A stretch of DNA of 64,000 bases from an uncultured Chloroflexia bacterium (GCA_963817745.1 CAWFPC010000010.1:34170-98169), one strand, 5' to 3'; shown: positions 45,546-56,720, counted from the first letter of the stretch. Program-made: numbers and translations. The notes: generated by a model not told the origin, from the letters alone.

Positions 45546-48088
45546 TCACAGCAACGACTCGGGGTCGACGTCGATCGACCACGGCGGGCCCGGGTCCCCG
45601 CCGAGGACCGCGACCGGGTCGTCGCCGCGCAGCACGACGTTGAAGCGCCAGCGGTCGTTGCGACGGGCGATGTACGCCGGAGCGGGGCCGACGACCGTCA
45701 CCCCGCCGCCCGCGGCGATCGCCCGATCCCGAAGCCGGGCCACCATCTCCTCGCCCGCCCGCTCGGCCGCGTCGCGATCCGCCAGCGCGACCGTGAGCTT
45801 CACGAGCCGCCCGAACGGCGGCGAGCCGAACCGCCGGCGCAGCTCGAGCTCCGCGGCGTAGAACGCGTCCGCATCGCCCTCGGCGACCGCACGGATCGCC
45901 GGATGCTCGGGCTGGTACGTCTGCAGGATCGCCTGCCCGGGTCGGTCGCCGCGGCCCGCCCGGCCCACCGCCTGGCTGAGCAGCTGGTAGGTCCGCTCAG
46001 CGGCTCGTTCATCGGGGAGATTGAGCGCGACGTCGGATGACACGACACCGACCAGCGTGACCGCCGGGATATCGAGCCCCTTGGCGACGAGGCTCGTGCC
46101 GACGAGGACGTCGGTCAGCCCGGCGGCGAACGCATCGATCACCCGCGCCGCGGCGCCGCGCCGTTCCGCCACGTCGCGGTCCAGCCGGGCGACCCGGAGC
46201 CGCGGATGGGCGGTACGGACCTCGCGTTCCACGCGTTCCGTCCCGCCGCCGAGGTAGCGGATCCGCGGCGAGCCGCACGCCGGGCAGCGGGTCGCGATGG
46301 GCGTTGCCCGGCCGCAGTGATGGCAGCGCAACGTGGTGCCGGCCTGGTGGTAGACGAGCGGCCGTTCGCAATCGGGGCAGGCCTGCACGTGCCCGCAGTC
46401 ACGGCACAGCACGACCGATGCCGTCCCGCGTCGGTTGAGGACGAGGATCGCCTGGTCACCGGCGGCCGTATCGAGGCGCGCCAGCGCGTCATCGAGCGCC
46501 CGGGACAGCAGGCCGCGGTTCCCCTCCGCGAGCTCGGCGCGCAGGTCGATCACGGTGACCGGCGCGGCGACGCCGACCGGACGATGCGGCAGCACGATCC
46601 GGTCGAACCGGCCGGCGAGGGCGTGCCCCAGGCTGTCGACGGCGGGTGTCGCCGACCCGAGCACGACGGCCGCACCGGCGGCCTCCCCGAGCCGGATGGC
46701 CGCATCGCGTGCCTGCAGCCGGGGCGTCCGATCGCTCTTGTACGCCGCGTCGTGCTCCTCGTCGACGATCACGACCCCGACATCGGCGAGGGGTGCGAGG
46801 ACCGCCAGCCGCGTACCCACGACGATGTCGACGTCGCCGGCGCGGATCCGGCGCCACTCGTCGGCGCGCTCGCCGTCGCCGAGCCCCGAATGGACCATCG
46901 CGATCCGGACGTCGAGGTCGGCCCGCAGCCGATCGACGAGCGGCAGCGCGAGGGCGATCTCCGGCACGAGGACGAGTGCGGGACGCCCGCCGGCGAGCGA
47001 CGCCGCGATCGCCTCGACGTAGATCGCGGTCTTGCCGGCGCCGGTGACCCCGTCGAGCAGGAGGGGCTTCGGATCGCGCGCCGCGATCGCCGTGACGATG
47101 CGGTCGACCGCCTCGGCCTGGGCGGGAAGGAGCGTCGACCGTGGCGGGCGGCCACCCCGCAGGCCCGGCGGCCGCGTCGCCAGCGGCCGCCGCGGGCGTT
47201 CGCGGACCTCCGTCTCGACCAGGCCGCGCCGGACGAGCCCGGCCAGGCCGGCGGCGCCATGCCGGTCGACGACACCGGCCGCGGGAACGCCGTCCGAGCC
47301 GGTCACCGCCGTCGCGTCCGGCCCCGATGCGTCCTGCCCCGCCGCGAGCTCGGCGAGCGCCGCGACCTGGCGCGGCCCCAATGGCCGCCCTGCCGGGCGG
47401 CGGCCGGCGGCGAGGTCCTCCGCCACGGCGACACCCGCTGGCAGGAGCCGGATCCATCGTTCGTAGCGCGGTCCGGCCGACGCCCCGAGGAGCGTCCAGT
47501 CCAGCGTCACCAGGCCACGTTCCTCGAGCGCGCGCAGACGCCGCAGCAGACCGGCGCGACCCTCGGGGCCTGCGAGATCGCGCACGGGACGCGCACCGCC
47601 GTCGAGCTGCTCGATGAGGTCCGTGTCCACGACATCGGTCGTGTCCGTCACCGGCAGGGGCGTCCGCTCCGCGACGAGCTCGAGCCGCTCCAGCAGGCCC
47701 GGCGGGAGCATCGCCCGGATGACGAGCGCCGGCGGGGCGAGGTAGTGATCGGCGATCCAGCGCGCCAGCGTCAGGCCCGAGCGGCGGCAGCAGCGGGCCG
47801 TCGGCGCGGACCCGGTCGACGATGGGTTTCGGTGTGGCGGCGGGCGGTTCGCTCGCCTCGCCGAGCACGACGGCGAGCGCCTGCCGGCGGCCGAACTCGA
47901 CGAGCACCGCTTCCCCGGCGGCGATGTCGGCCAGCGCGTCCGGCACGGCGTACGTGTACACCCGGGAACCCCCGGCGCCGGCCGCATCGATCGCGACCTC
48001 CACGAGCCGCCCGGCCGATCGCGGCACTCGTCGAAGCGCCCGCCGGGACCACGGTGTCGTCGCGCCCGGGCTCCAGCCCGAGGGTCAT
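45546..48088 (-). CDS. priA: Primosomal protein N' (replication restart helicase), frameshifts near 5' end
   Basis: GVTGAGKT, LVPEIAL, DEEHD, LNRRG, four CxxC motifs, KGLDIP, QAVGRAGR, IDVDP. Confidence 0.97.
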
Positions 48089-48097
48089 CAGCTCGGC

Positions 48098-48808
48098 CTA
48101 GACCCGGACCCGCCGGTCGGCGTGCGCCGCGTGCTCTTCGGCAACGATCGCCTCGATCCGCTCGGCGGTCAGGGCGACCTCACCGGTCTTGTTGACCACG
48201 ACGTGGTCGTAGTCCTGCTGCCGGGCGAGCTCCACCGCCGCGTTCGCCTGACGGACCTCGAGCTCGTGCGCGGTCTCGGTCGCGCGCGCCCGGAGCCGGT
48301 CGAACAACGTCTCGAGCGACGGCGGGGTGATGAAGATGAGGAGCGCCTCGGTCACCTGGTCCTTGACGACCTGGGCGCCCTGCACGTCGATCGTGAGGAA
48401 GACGTCCTTGCCGCCGACGAGCGCGTCGCGGACCGGCTGCCGTGGCGATCCATACCAGTTGCCGTGGACCTCGTTCGCCTCGAGGAATCCCCGGTCGGCG
48501 CGGATCCGCAGGAACTCCTCGCGACTCACGAAGTGGTAGTCGACGCCATCGACTTCGCCGTCGCGTGGCGCCCGCGTGGTGACCGTCACCACGTAGTGCC
48601 GATCGCCGGTATGGCCGTCCGCGGACTCGCGCCGGCGCATCTCGTCGATGATCGTGTCCTTCCCGACGCCGGACGGGCCCGAGATGATGATGAGCATCGC
48701 ACCGGGCGCGCCCTCGATGACGTCATCCGGACGGCCAGGATCGTCGGAGACGTGCGCCGGCTCGACGATCATGTCGAGCGTGTCGGTGGGCCGGCGCTCG
48801 TCGGTCAT
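48098..48808 (-). CDS. gmk: Guanylate kinase
   Basis: ISGPSGVGKDT, TTRAPRDGEVDGVDYHFVS, NWYGSP, IDVQGA, FITPPS. Confidence 0.97.
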   Translation of the reverse strand: MTDERRPTDTLDMIVEPAHVSDDPGRPDDVIEGAPGAMLIIISGPSGVGKDTIIDEMRRRESADGHTGDRHYVVTVTTRAPRDGEVDGVDYHFVSREEFLRIRADRGFLEANEVHGNWYGSPRQPVRDALVGGKDVFLTIDVQGAQVVKDQVTEALLIFITPPSLETLFDRLRARATETAHELEVRQANAAVELARQQDYDHVVVNKTGEVALTAERIEAIVAEEHAAHADRRVRV

Positions 48809-48815
48809 CGCGCGA

Positions 48816-49775
48816 TCATCGGCCGGTCGCCGCCTGTCGCAGGCCCTCGAGGACCTCCTCCAGCTCATACGGCAACGGTGCGGTCGCCCGGATCAGGTGA
48901 CCGTCGGACGGGGCCGCGAGCTCCAGCCGCCAGGCGTGCAGGAACAGGCGATCGAGGCCTTCCGGGCCGCGCCGCGACGTCCCCGTGCCGTAGACCACAT
49001 CGCCCGCGACCGGATGCCCGATCGCGTCGAGGTGCACCCGGATCTGGTGCGTCCGTCCGGTCACCAGGTCGAGCTCGAGCAGCGTCCAGTCGGCGAAGCG
49101 TTCCTTGACCCGGTAACCGGTCGTGGAGGCGCGGCCGTCGGCGACGACCGCCATCCGCGTGCGGTGCTTGGGGTCGCGCCCGATCGGCGCCTCGATCCGG
49201 CCCACCGCCGCGGCCACATTGCCCTGCACCAGCGCCTGGTACGTCTTGCGGACGCGACGTGCCTTGAGCTGGGCCATGAGCGAGGTCTGGGCGCCGTCGT
49301 GCTTGGCGACCATCAGCAGCCCGCTCGTATCGCGGTCGAGCCGATGCACGATCCCCGGCCGGGCGACACCGGCGATCCCGCCGTACTCGGCGCCACCGGC
49401 GCGCGCCAGCAGCGCGTTGACGAGCGTGTCCCCGTCGTGATGGCCGGCGGACGGGTGCACCACCAGCCCCGATGGCTTGTCGACGATGAGCAGGTCGTCG
49501 TCCTCGTACACGACCCGCAGCTCGATGTCCGGCGCGGGTGCCAAGTCAAGCATGACCGGTTCGGGGACGTCGAGTCGGACCTCCGTCCCGGGTGCCACGA
49601 TCATGTTCGCGCGGAGCGGCATGCCGTCGGCGGTCAACCGGCCGTCGCTGATGAGCTTCTGGACGTGGCTCCGCGAGAGACCCGTCGCGTCGGCGACGAA
49701 CCGGTCGATGCGTCCCGTCTTCCCCTCGGGCACATGGAGGACCCGGATGCCCGCGATCACCGGCGCGTCAGGCAT
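48816..49775 (-). CDS. rluD: RluA/RluD family 23S rRNA pseudouridine synthase
   Basis: S4-like N-terminus, VDKPSGLVVHP, RPGIVHRLDRDTSG, TGRTHQIRVH, LHAWRL. Confidence 0.92.
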   Translation of the reverse strand: MPDAPVIAGIRVLHVPEGKTGRIDRFVADATGLSRSHVQKLISDGRLTADGMPLRANMIVAPGTEVRLDVPEPVMLDLAPAPDIELRVVYEDDDLLIVDKPSGLVVHPSAGHHDGDTLVNALLARAGGAEYGGIAGVARPGIVHRLDRDTSGLLMVAKHDGAQTSLMAQLKARRVRKTYQALVQGNVAAAVGRIEAPIGRDPKHRTRMAVVADGRASTTGYRVKERFADWTLLELDLVTGRTHQIRVHLDAIGHPVAGDVVYGTGTSRRGPEGLDRLFLHAWRLELAAPSDGHLIRATAPLPYELEEVLEGLRQAATGR

Positions 49776-50347
49776 CGGCGACCTTGTCCCCGAGGTCACC
49801 GGCAGTCTCGTCGACGTCGAGCGGGGCTGGCGAAGCGGCGGCACCGCGCCCCCGGTCGAGTCGCGCACCGATGTCCGGCAGGACCGCGAGCAGGATGAGC
49901 AACAGGATCGCGCCGCTGATGGCGCTGTCGGCGACGTTGAAGGTGTAGAACCGCAGGTCGCCGATGCCGATGTCGACGAAGTCGACGACGTAGCCCAGCC
50001 GCAGGCGATCGATCAGGTTGCCGAGGGCGCCGCCGAGCAGCAGCCCGAGCGCGACCGACAGCAGCGTGTTCCGGCCGGAGCTTCCGTGGTACCAGATGAT
50101 CAGCGCCACGACGCCGATCGAGACGATGCCGAAGAGCAGTGCCTGGTCGCGGAACAGCCCGAAGAGGGCCCCGCTGTTCTGCGTGTAGATCGAGCCGGAT
50201 CCAGTCCCCGACGACCTCGACCACCTGGTCGACCGCGACGTTCGCGACGAGCCACGCCTTGGTGAGCTGGTCGACGACGACGACCGCCGCCGCGAGACCG
50301 AGGAACACCGCCCAGCGCGGCCGCCCCACGCTCGCCGGTCCGGTCAT
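49768..50347 (-). CDS. lspA: Lipoprotein signal peptidase, frameshifted
   Basis: DQLTK, NSGALFG, GGALGNLIDRL, VVDF, FNVADSAI. Confidence 0.95.
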
Positions 50348-53300
50348 CCGACCTTCCGCAGGGCGATATCGACCGGGCCGCCGTCGAGCTCGACCCGTGC
50401 CCGCTGCACGCCGGCCGGTGCCGGCCCGCTGCCCGGGTCTGCCAGGGTGTCGGCGAGGACGCCCGGCAGGTGCGCGGCCACCCCGTCGCCGAGGCCGTCG
50501 ACCCAGAGCGTGATCCGGTCGTCGAGCGCGAGGGCCGCCTCGCGGCGCAGGTCCTGCACCGCGCGTGCCAGCTCGCGGGCGTCACCCTCGGCTCGGAGCT
50601 CGGGGGTGACCGCCGTGTCGAGCACGAGCACGAGGCCGTCGTCCTCGGCGACCGCGGTGCCGGGCCGCGGCGTCGCCTGGATCTCCACCTCGTCCGCGGC
50701 CAGTGTCTGACCGGCGATCGTCACCGTGCCGTCGTCGTGGATCTCCACCGCGCCGTCGCGGGCCGCCGCCATGACCGCCGGGATCGCCGCGCCGAGACGC
50801 TTGCCGACCTTCGGCAGCAGGACCTTCACGCGCCGATCCACGAGGTCCGAGCCATGGGCGATCGGCTCGACGGTCTTCACGTTGATCTCGTCGGCGACCA
50901 GCCGCAGCAGCTCGTAGTCGAGGGCGGCCCCGCGATCGGGCGCGGCGAGCCAGGCCCGCGCCAGCGGCTGGCGATTGCGGATGCCGTTCGCGCTGCGCAG
51001 CGTCCGGGCCAGGTCGACCGCGCCCTGCGCGGTCTGCATCCGGGCTTCGAGGAGCAGGTCGTGGTGCGCGGCGAGGGCATCGGTCGGCCAGGCGGTCAGG
51101 TGGACGCTGTCGGGCGCCGCCTCGTCCACCGTCGGCACGAGGTTGCCGTACATGCCGTCGGACAGGAACGGCAGGACGGGCGCCAGCATCCGGGTCGTGG
51201 CGACGAGGGCCTCATGCAGCGTCGCGAAGGCGGCGTCCCGGTCGGCGGCGTCGTCGTTCCGGCGCATCCGCTCGCGCGACAGCCGCAGGTACCAGGTCGA
51301 GAGCCCGTCCATGAAGGCCGACAACGCCCGGGTGGCCCCCACCGCGTCGACGTCGCGCAGCCGTTCCTCGACCGTGGCCGCGGTCCCCGCGGCGCGTGAC
51401 AGGATCCAGCGGTCGAGCGCCGGACGTTCGGCCACGGGCAGGACCGTGTCCGACGGGGTCCAGCCGGCCAGCCGGGCGTAGGTCACGAAGAAGGCGTAGA
51501 CGTTCCACAGCACGAGCAGCTCCCGCCGTGCCTCGTCGGCGGCGTGCCACCCGAACGGGATGTTCTCCTCCGGTCGCGCCTTGGCGAACATCCAGCGCAT
51601 GACGTCGACGCCCATCCGCTCGGCCGCCTCGTCGAAGTCGATGGCGTTGCCCCAGCTCTTGTGCATCGGCCGGCCGTCCTCGCCGAACACGAGGGCGTAG
51701 CCGAAGATCGTCTTGAACGGCGCCTCGCGGCGCAGGACCGTCGACATCGCGAGCATCGAGTAGAACCAGTTGCGGAACTGGCCCGGGAAGCTCTCGGTGA
51801 TGAAATCCGCCGGGAACCAGCGTGCCCAGTAGTCGGCGTCCTCGCGGAAATGGAGCGTCGAGAACGGCACGATGCCGGCGTCCAGCCACGGGTTGCCGAC
51901 GTCCTTGATCCGCTGGACCGGCACACCGCAGTTCGGACAGGCGATCGTCACCTCGTCGATCCAGGGGCGGTGCGGCGAGTGGCCCTCGAACTGCTCCCAG
52001 CCGCCGACGGCCCGCTGCTGCAGCTCGTCACGACCGCCGATGACCTCGATCGTGCCGCAGGCCGCGCAGTCGTAGATCGGCAGCGCCAGCCCCCAGTAGC
52101 GCTTCTTGCTGATCATCCAGTCGTGCATGTTGCGCAGCCAGTCGAGCTCGCGCTCGTGGCCGAAGTCGGGGATCCAGCGGATCGTGTCGACGACGTCCAT
52201 GATCTGGTAGCGCAGGCTCCGCTCGACCTGTTCGGCGGTCAGCGTCTCGCGCGGCTGGTCGTAGACCGGGCCCATGTCGATGAACCACTCGTCGACGAGC
52301 CGGAAGACGAGCGCCGTGCCGCAGCGCCAGCAATGCGGGTAGCGGTGGAGATACGGCTCCAGCCGGTAGAACCGGTCGTGGTGCTTCAGGTGCTCGATGA
52401 TCGGCTCGGCGACGTCGCGGACGTCGCGACCGGACAGCGACCCGAAGCCATCGACCACGATCCCTGACTCATCGAGCGGGGCGATGACGGGCAACCCGAG
52501 CGCCTTGCCGAGCTGGAAGTCCTCGGCGCCGCAGCCGGGCGCGATGTGGACGATCCCGGTGCCCTCGTCCTCGCCGACCTCGTCCCATTCGACGACCCGA
52601 TGCTCGTAGCCATCGGCCGCGGCGAAGGCCGTGCGGACCGCCGGCAGGTCGTCGAACGGACCGTCGTAGCGCCAGCCGACGAGCGCCGAGCCGGCGAGCT
52701 CCTCCTCGACCTCGAACGGACCGACGAGCGCCGCCTTCAGCGTGCCCTTCGCGACCCAGAACCGGTCCTCGCCCTGGCGCACCCGCACGTACCGCAGGTC
52801 GGCGCCGACCGCCGCGGCGACGTTCGACGTCAGGGTCCACGGCGTCGTCGTCCAGACCAGGAGCGACTCGCCGGGACGATCGCGCAGCGGGAAGCGGACG
52901 GTGAGCCCCGGGTCCTCGCGGTCCTGGTAGCCCTCGTTGAGCTCCATCTGGGACAGCCCCGTGCCGCAGCGGGCGCACCACGGCATCGTGTCGTGGCCCT
53001 TGTACAGCCAGCCGCGCCTGTGGACCTCGGCCAGGAAGCCCCAGATGAGGTCGTTGTTCTCGTTGCTGAACGTGAAGTACGAGCCGGCGGTGTCGGGCAT
53101 GCCCAGCCGCCCGACGAGCATCTCGACGGTGTCGGTGACCGGCCCGTCGGGGCCCTGGATGGTCGTGACCTGGCTCGGGTCGTCACCGAGCAGGTCGTGC
53201 AGCCGGCGCAGCTCGTCCGGGTCGTTCCAGTCCATCCACATCCCGAGCCGGATCGACTGCTCGGTCTGGCGCGCGGCGTAGGTCAGGACGCGCTGCTTGC

Positions 53301-53688
53301 AGAGCGTGACGAACCGATCGATCCCGTACGCCTCGATGTCGCGCTTCGAGGTGAACCCGAGGTCGCGCTCCACGTTGACCTCGACCCACAGGCCCTGGCA
53401 ATCGAACCCGTTCTGGTAGCGCTGGTCCTCGCCGAGCATCGCGTGGAAGCGCTGGTAGAGGTCCTTGTACGCGCGACCCCAGGCGTGATGGACGCCCATC
53501 GGGTTGTTGGCCGTGATCGGTCCGTCGAGGAAGCTCCAGTGCGGGCCGCCGGCGTTCTGCGCGCGCAGCCGGGCGAAGGTCCGCCGCTCTCGCCAGGCGG
53601 CGAGGAGCTCGTGCTCCTGGGCGACGAAGTCGGGCTTCGCATCGATGGGTCGGAACATGCGACTCCGCACTGCCGGTGGATGGGACAT
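50344..53688 (-). CDS. ileS: Isoleucyl-tRNA synthetase, type 2-like (start may be 53658)
   Basis: DGPITAN, GFDCQGL, WTTTPWTL, GTGIVHIAP, YPHCWRC, DWMISKKRYWG, WYLRLSR, long type-2 C-terminus ending EGDARELAR.VQDLRR. Confidence 0.96.
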   Translation of the reverse strand: MSHPPAVRSRMFRPIDAKPDFVAQEHELLAAWRERRTFARLRAQNAGGPHWSFLDGPITANNPMGVHHAWGRAYKDLYQRFHAMLGEDQRYQNGFDCQGLWVEVNVERDLGFTSKRDIEAYGIDRFVTLCKQRVLTYAARQTEQSIRLGMWMDWNDPDELRRLHDLLGDDPSQVTTIQGPDGPVTDTVEMLVGRLGMPDTAGSYFTFSNENNDLIWGFLAEVHRRGWLYKGHDTMPWCARCGTGLSQMELNEGYQDREDPGLTVRFPLRDRPGESLLVWTTTPWTLTSNVAAAVGADLRYVRVRQGEDRFWVAKGTLKAALVGPFEVEEELAGSALVGWRYDGPFDDLPAVRTAFAAADGYEHRVVEWDEVGEDEGTGIVHIAPGCGAEDFQLGKALGLPVIAPLDESGIVVDGFGSLSGRDVRDVAEPIIEHLKHHDRFYRLEPYLHRYPHCWRCGTALVFRLVDEWFIDMGPVYDQPRETLTAEQVERSLRYQIMDVVDTIRWIPDFGHERELDWLRNMHDWMISKKRYWGLALPIYDCAACGTIEVIGGRDELQQRAVGGWEQFEGHSPHRPWIDEVTIACPNCGVPVQRIKDVGNPWLDAGIVPFSTLHFREDADYWARWFPADFITESFPGQFRNWFYSMLAMSTVLRREAPFKTIFGYALVFGEDGRPMHKSWGNAIDFDEAAERMGVDVMRWMFAKARPEENIPFGWHAADEARRELLVLWNVYAFFVTYARLAGWTPSDTVLPVAERPALDRWILSRAAGTAATVEERLRDVDAVGATRALSAFMDGLSTWYLRLSRERMRRNDDAADRDAAFATLHEALVATTRMLAPVLPFLSDGMYGNLVPTVDEAAPDSVHLTAWPTDALAAHHDLLLEARMQTAQGAVDLARTLRSANGIRNRQPLARAWLAAPDRGAALDYELLRLVADEINVKTVEPIAHGSDLVDRRVKVLLPKVGKRLGAAIPAVMAAARDGAVEIHDDGTVTIAGQTLAADEVEIQATPRPGTAVAEDDGLVLVLDTAVTPELRAEGDARELARAVQDLRREAALALDDRITLWVDGLGDGVAAHLPGVLADTLADPGSGPAPAGVQRARVELDGGPVDIALRKVG

Positions 53689-53743
53689 GGGTCGACGACC
53701 GGTCCGTGGGCCCGGTCCGGCGAGTCCGAGTATCCTACGCGCG

Positions 53744-55558
53744 ATGCAGAATCCGCAGGACGCGCGACCGCGCGCCCGGTCGCCGTTCGTCGCGGCGTTC
53801 CTCTCCCTCCTCTTCCCCGGCCTCGGCCAGCTCTACGCCGGCGCGCCCATGCGCGCCCTCGGGTTCGCGGCCGTGCCGATCCTGCTGATCGCGCTCGGCG
53901 CGGGCGTCGTGCTGCGGATGGACCGGCTCGAGCTCGTCGGGCTCGTCTTCAACCCCGCCGCCCTGACCTCGGTCTTCGTCGTCAATCTCGTCGCGCTGCT
54001 GTACCGCCTCGTCGCGATCATCGACGCCTGGCGCGTGGCGGAGTTCATGAACGCGCACGCGGCCGGCGGCGACGGCCGGCTCGGACCGGCCCGCCTGCCA
54101 CGGAACACGCTGTCGATCGCCGGGCTGCTCGCGGTGATCCTCGTCATGGCCGGGAGCCACGTCGTCGTCGCGCGCTACGACATGATCGCCCTGAGTGCGC
54201 TGAACAGCGGCTGCATCTTCGTCGGCGAGGACGTCGAGGGCGAGTGCGAGGAGGACCCGTCGGCGTCGCCGGACGCCAGCGCGACCCCGGATGCGACGGG
54301 CGAGCCGACCGCCTCCCCCACCCCGGAACCGACCATCGTCGGCACGCCCGTGCCCAACGTCTCGATCCCGCCGTGGGACGGCCAGGAGCGGCTCAACATC
54401 CTGCTGATCGGTGCCGACAAGCAGGGCGGCGGCCACCGCACCGACACGCTCATCACGGTGTCGATCGACCCGGTGACGAAGAAGGTCGCGATGTTCAGCC
54501 TGCCGCGCGACACGGTGGACGTCCCGATCCCGCCGGGTCCGGCGCGCTCGCTGTGGGGCCGGACCTACCGGCAGAAGATCAACTCGCTCTACATCAACAA
54601 CTACAAGCGCTCCGACCTCTGGCCGGGGAATGACAAGGTCCGCGGCTACAACGCGTTGAAGGCAACGCTCGGCGAGCTGTACGGGCTCGACATCAAGTAC
54701 TTCGTCGAGGTCGACTTCGACGGGTTCAAGGGGGTCGTCGACGCCGTCGGCGGCGTGACGGTCAACGTCCAGACCCCGGTCGTCGACAACGAATACCCGG
54801 CCGGCGTGGGCCGCAACGTGCGGCTCTACATCCCGAGCGGCCTGCAGCACATGAACGGCACCCAGGCCCTGCGCTACGCCCGGTCGCGCAACACCTCGTC
54901 GGACTTCGACCGCGGCGCGCGCCAGCAGCGGATCCTCCTCTCGATGCGCGAGCAGGCCGATCCCGTCAGGCTGCTCCCGAAGCTGCCCGAGCTCGTCGAG
55001 GCGCTCGAGAACACCGTCAAGACCGACATCCCGCTCGACCAGCTGCCGAACCTCCTCGGCCTCGCGTCCGAGATCGACACCGCGAACATCCGCTCGTACG
55101 TCTTCTCGCCGCCGCTCTACTCCCAGGACACGTGCAGCGACCCGCGCGGCTGCGTCGTCCTCCCCAAGATCACCGCGATCAAGAACTCGATCAAGAACGC
55201 GTTCAAGGTCGATCCCGAGCTCGAGGCCCGGCGCGAGACGCTGTCGGCCGAGGGTGGCCGGGTGTGGGTGCTCAACGGCACGAGCGACGCCAACCGCGGC
55301 ACGCGCGTGGCCGGATACCTCGAGAGCCAGGGGCTGCAGGCATCGGCGCCGCGCCAGAAGCCCGAGGGGAACGTGCCGCGCGACACGAAGATCGTGGTCT
55401 ACAACGGCGCCGAGACGAAGCTGACCGAGACGATCGCCTACCTGGAGAAGCGCTTCAAGGTCACTGTCGACACGGCGAACGACCCCGCGATCCGGGCGGA
55501 CGTGATCATCACCGTCGGGCGCGATACCCCCGACCTCCGGCCGCCGCCCTCGTCCTGA
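53744..55558 (+). CDS. LCP (LytR-CpsA-Psr) family glycopolymer transferase with multi-TM N-terminus and LytR_C-like domain
   Basis: NILLIGAD, RTDTL, SLPRDT, KINSLY, ALRYARSR, SDFDRGARQQ; C-terminal VWVLNGT...DVIITVGRD. Confidence 0.93.
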   Translation: MQNPQDARPRARSPFVAAFLSLLFPGLGQLYAGAPMRALGFAAVPILLIALGAGVVLRMDRLELVGLVFNPAALTSVFVVNLVALLYRLVAIIDAWRVAEFMNAHAAGGDGRLGPARLPRNTLSIAGLLAVILVMAGSHVVVARYDMIALSALNSGCIFVGEDVEGECEEDPSASPDASATPDATGEPTASPTPEPTIVGTPVPNVSIPPWDGQERLNILLIGADKQGGGHRTDTLITVSIDPVTKKVAMFSLPRDTVDVPIPPGPARSLWGRTYRQKINSLYINNYKRSDLWPGNDKVRGYNALKATLGELYGLDIKYFVEVDFDGFKGVVDAVGGVTVNVQTPVVDNEYPAGVGRNVRLYIPSGLQHMNGTQALRYARSRNTSSDFDRGARQQRILLSMREQADPVRLLPKLPELVEALENTVKTDIPLDQLPNLLGLASEIDTANIRSYVFSPPLYSQDTCSDPRGCVVLPKITAIKNSIKNAFKVDPELEARRETLSAEGGRVWVLNGTSDANRGTRVAGYLESQGLQASAPRQKPEGNVPRDTKIVVYNGAETKLTETIAYLEKRFKVTVDTANDPAIRADVIITVGRDTPDLRPPPSS

Positions 55559-55636
55559 GGGCCGTGGCCTCTCGGCCACGCCGGCTCGCTCGGACGCCGC
55601 GCCGCGTTACGTCCACGCTCGCGCCGCGCGGCGCGA

Positions 55637-56620
55637 TCACTCGATCGGCGTGAGCCAGTGGGCGTACTCGGGCAGCCGGCCGCGGACCGCATCGAAGTAG
55701 CGGTCGCGCACCAGCCGCGCGATCGGCCCGATCTCGCCCGCACCGACCGGGCGGTGGTCGACCTCGATGACCGGCGAGACCTGCACGCCCGTGCCGCACA
55801 CGAAGACCTCGTCGGCGACGTACAGCTCGGACCGATCGATCGACCGCTCGGCCGTGGGGATCCCCTCGTTCGCGAGCAGCTCCATGAGCGCCTTGCGGGT
55901 GATGCCCTCGAGCAGGTCGTCGCTCACCGGCGGGGTCAGCGCGACGCCGTCGCGGACGACGAAGATGTTCGCCGCCGACGACTCGTTGACGTGGCCGCTC
56001 GCGGTCAGCACGACCGCCTCATCGAAGCCGTTGAGCTCCGCCTCGGTCTTCTGGAACGCCATGTTGACGTACCCGCCGACGATCTTGCCGCGGGCCGGGA
56101 GCGCCTCATCGGCGTTGCGTCGCCAGGTCGAGGTCATGACCCGCACGCCCTTGGCGGTGTCGATGTAGTTCCCGAACGGCAGCGCCACGATGTAGAGCTC
56201 GTTGTCGAGGTCGTGGAGGCGCACGCCGATCGCCCGCGTCGACTTGTAGAACGACGGGCGGATGTAGCAGTCCTCGCGGAAGCCGTTCCGCCGCACGGTC
56301 TCGACGATCATGCCGGTCAGCTCGTCGACGGACGGCACGTCCTGCATGAACAGGATCTTGCACGACTGGCGGATGCGCTCGACGTGCTCGCGGACCTTCA
56401 GGCCGTACAGCCGGCCCTGCTCCTCGTTCCAGTAGGCCCGGATGCCCTCGAACGTCGCGGTCCCGTACATGAAGGCGTGGGTCATGATGCTGACCTTCGC
56501 GTCCCGCATCGGGACGTAGTCGCCCTCGAAGTAGCAGATCAGCTCGTCGAGCGAGCCGGGCGCCGGTGCGTGATGGGGTGTCGGCGTCGCCGCGGCCTCG
56601 GCGGCGTGCTCGGTGACCAT
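55637..56620 (-). CDS. ilvE: Branched-chain amino acid aminotransferase (class IV PLP)
   Basis: HAFMYGTATFEGIRAY, GKIVGGYVN, GFDEAV, ANIF, LEGITR, ADEVFVCGT; TGA-TATACT at 56665-56673. Confidence 0.93.
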   Translation of the reverse strand: MVTEHAAEAAATPTPHHAPAPGSLDELICYFEGDYVPMRDAKVSIMTHAFMYGTATFEGIRAYWNEEQGRLYGLKVREHVERIRQSCKILFMQDVPSVDELTGMIVETVRRNGFREDCYIRPSFYKSTRAIGVRLHDLDNELYIVALPFGNYIDTAKGVRVMTSTWRRNADEALPARGKIVGGYVNMAFQKTEAELNGFDEAVVLTASGHVNESSAANIFVVRDGVALTPPVSDDLLEGITRKALMELLANEGIPTAERSIDRSELYVADEVFVCGTGVQVSPVIEVDHRPVGAGEIGPIARLVRDRYFDAVRGRLPEYAHWLTPIE

Positions 56621-56720
56621 GTCGTCGCTGCTCCTCGTGATCCGGGACTGAGCGAGGTCGGCGCAGTATATCAGCGGGTTCCGCGCGGCCCGGCGGGCCG
56701 CCGGATCCGGAGCGACGCGC

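Noticed and set aside
48089-48097. Absence of rpoZ/coaBC between gmk and priA, and of rsmB/prkC/rsgA around rlmN
   Set aside because: Ordinary operon erosion; nothing can be concluded without the rest of the genome.
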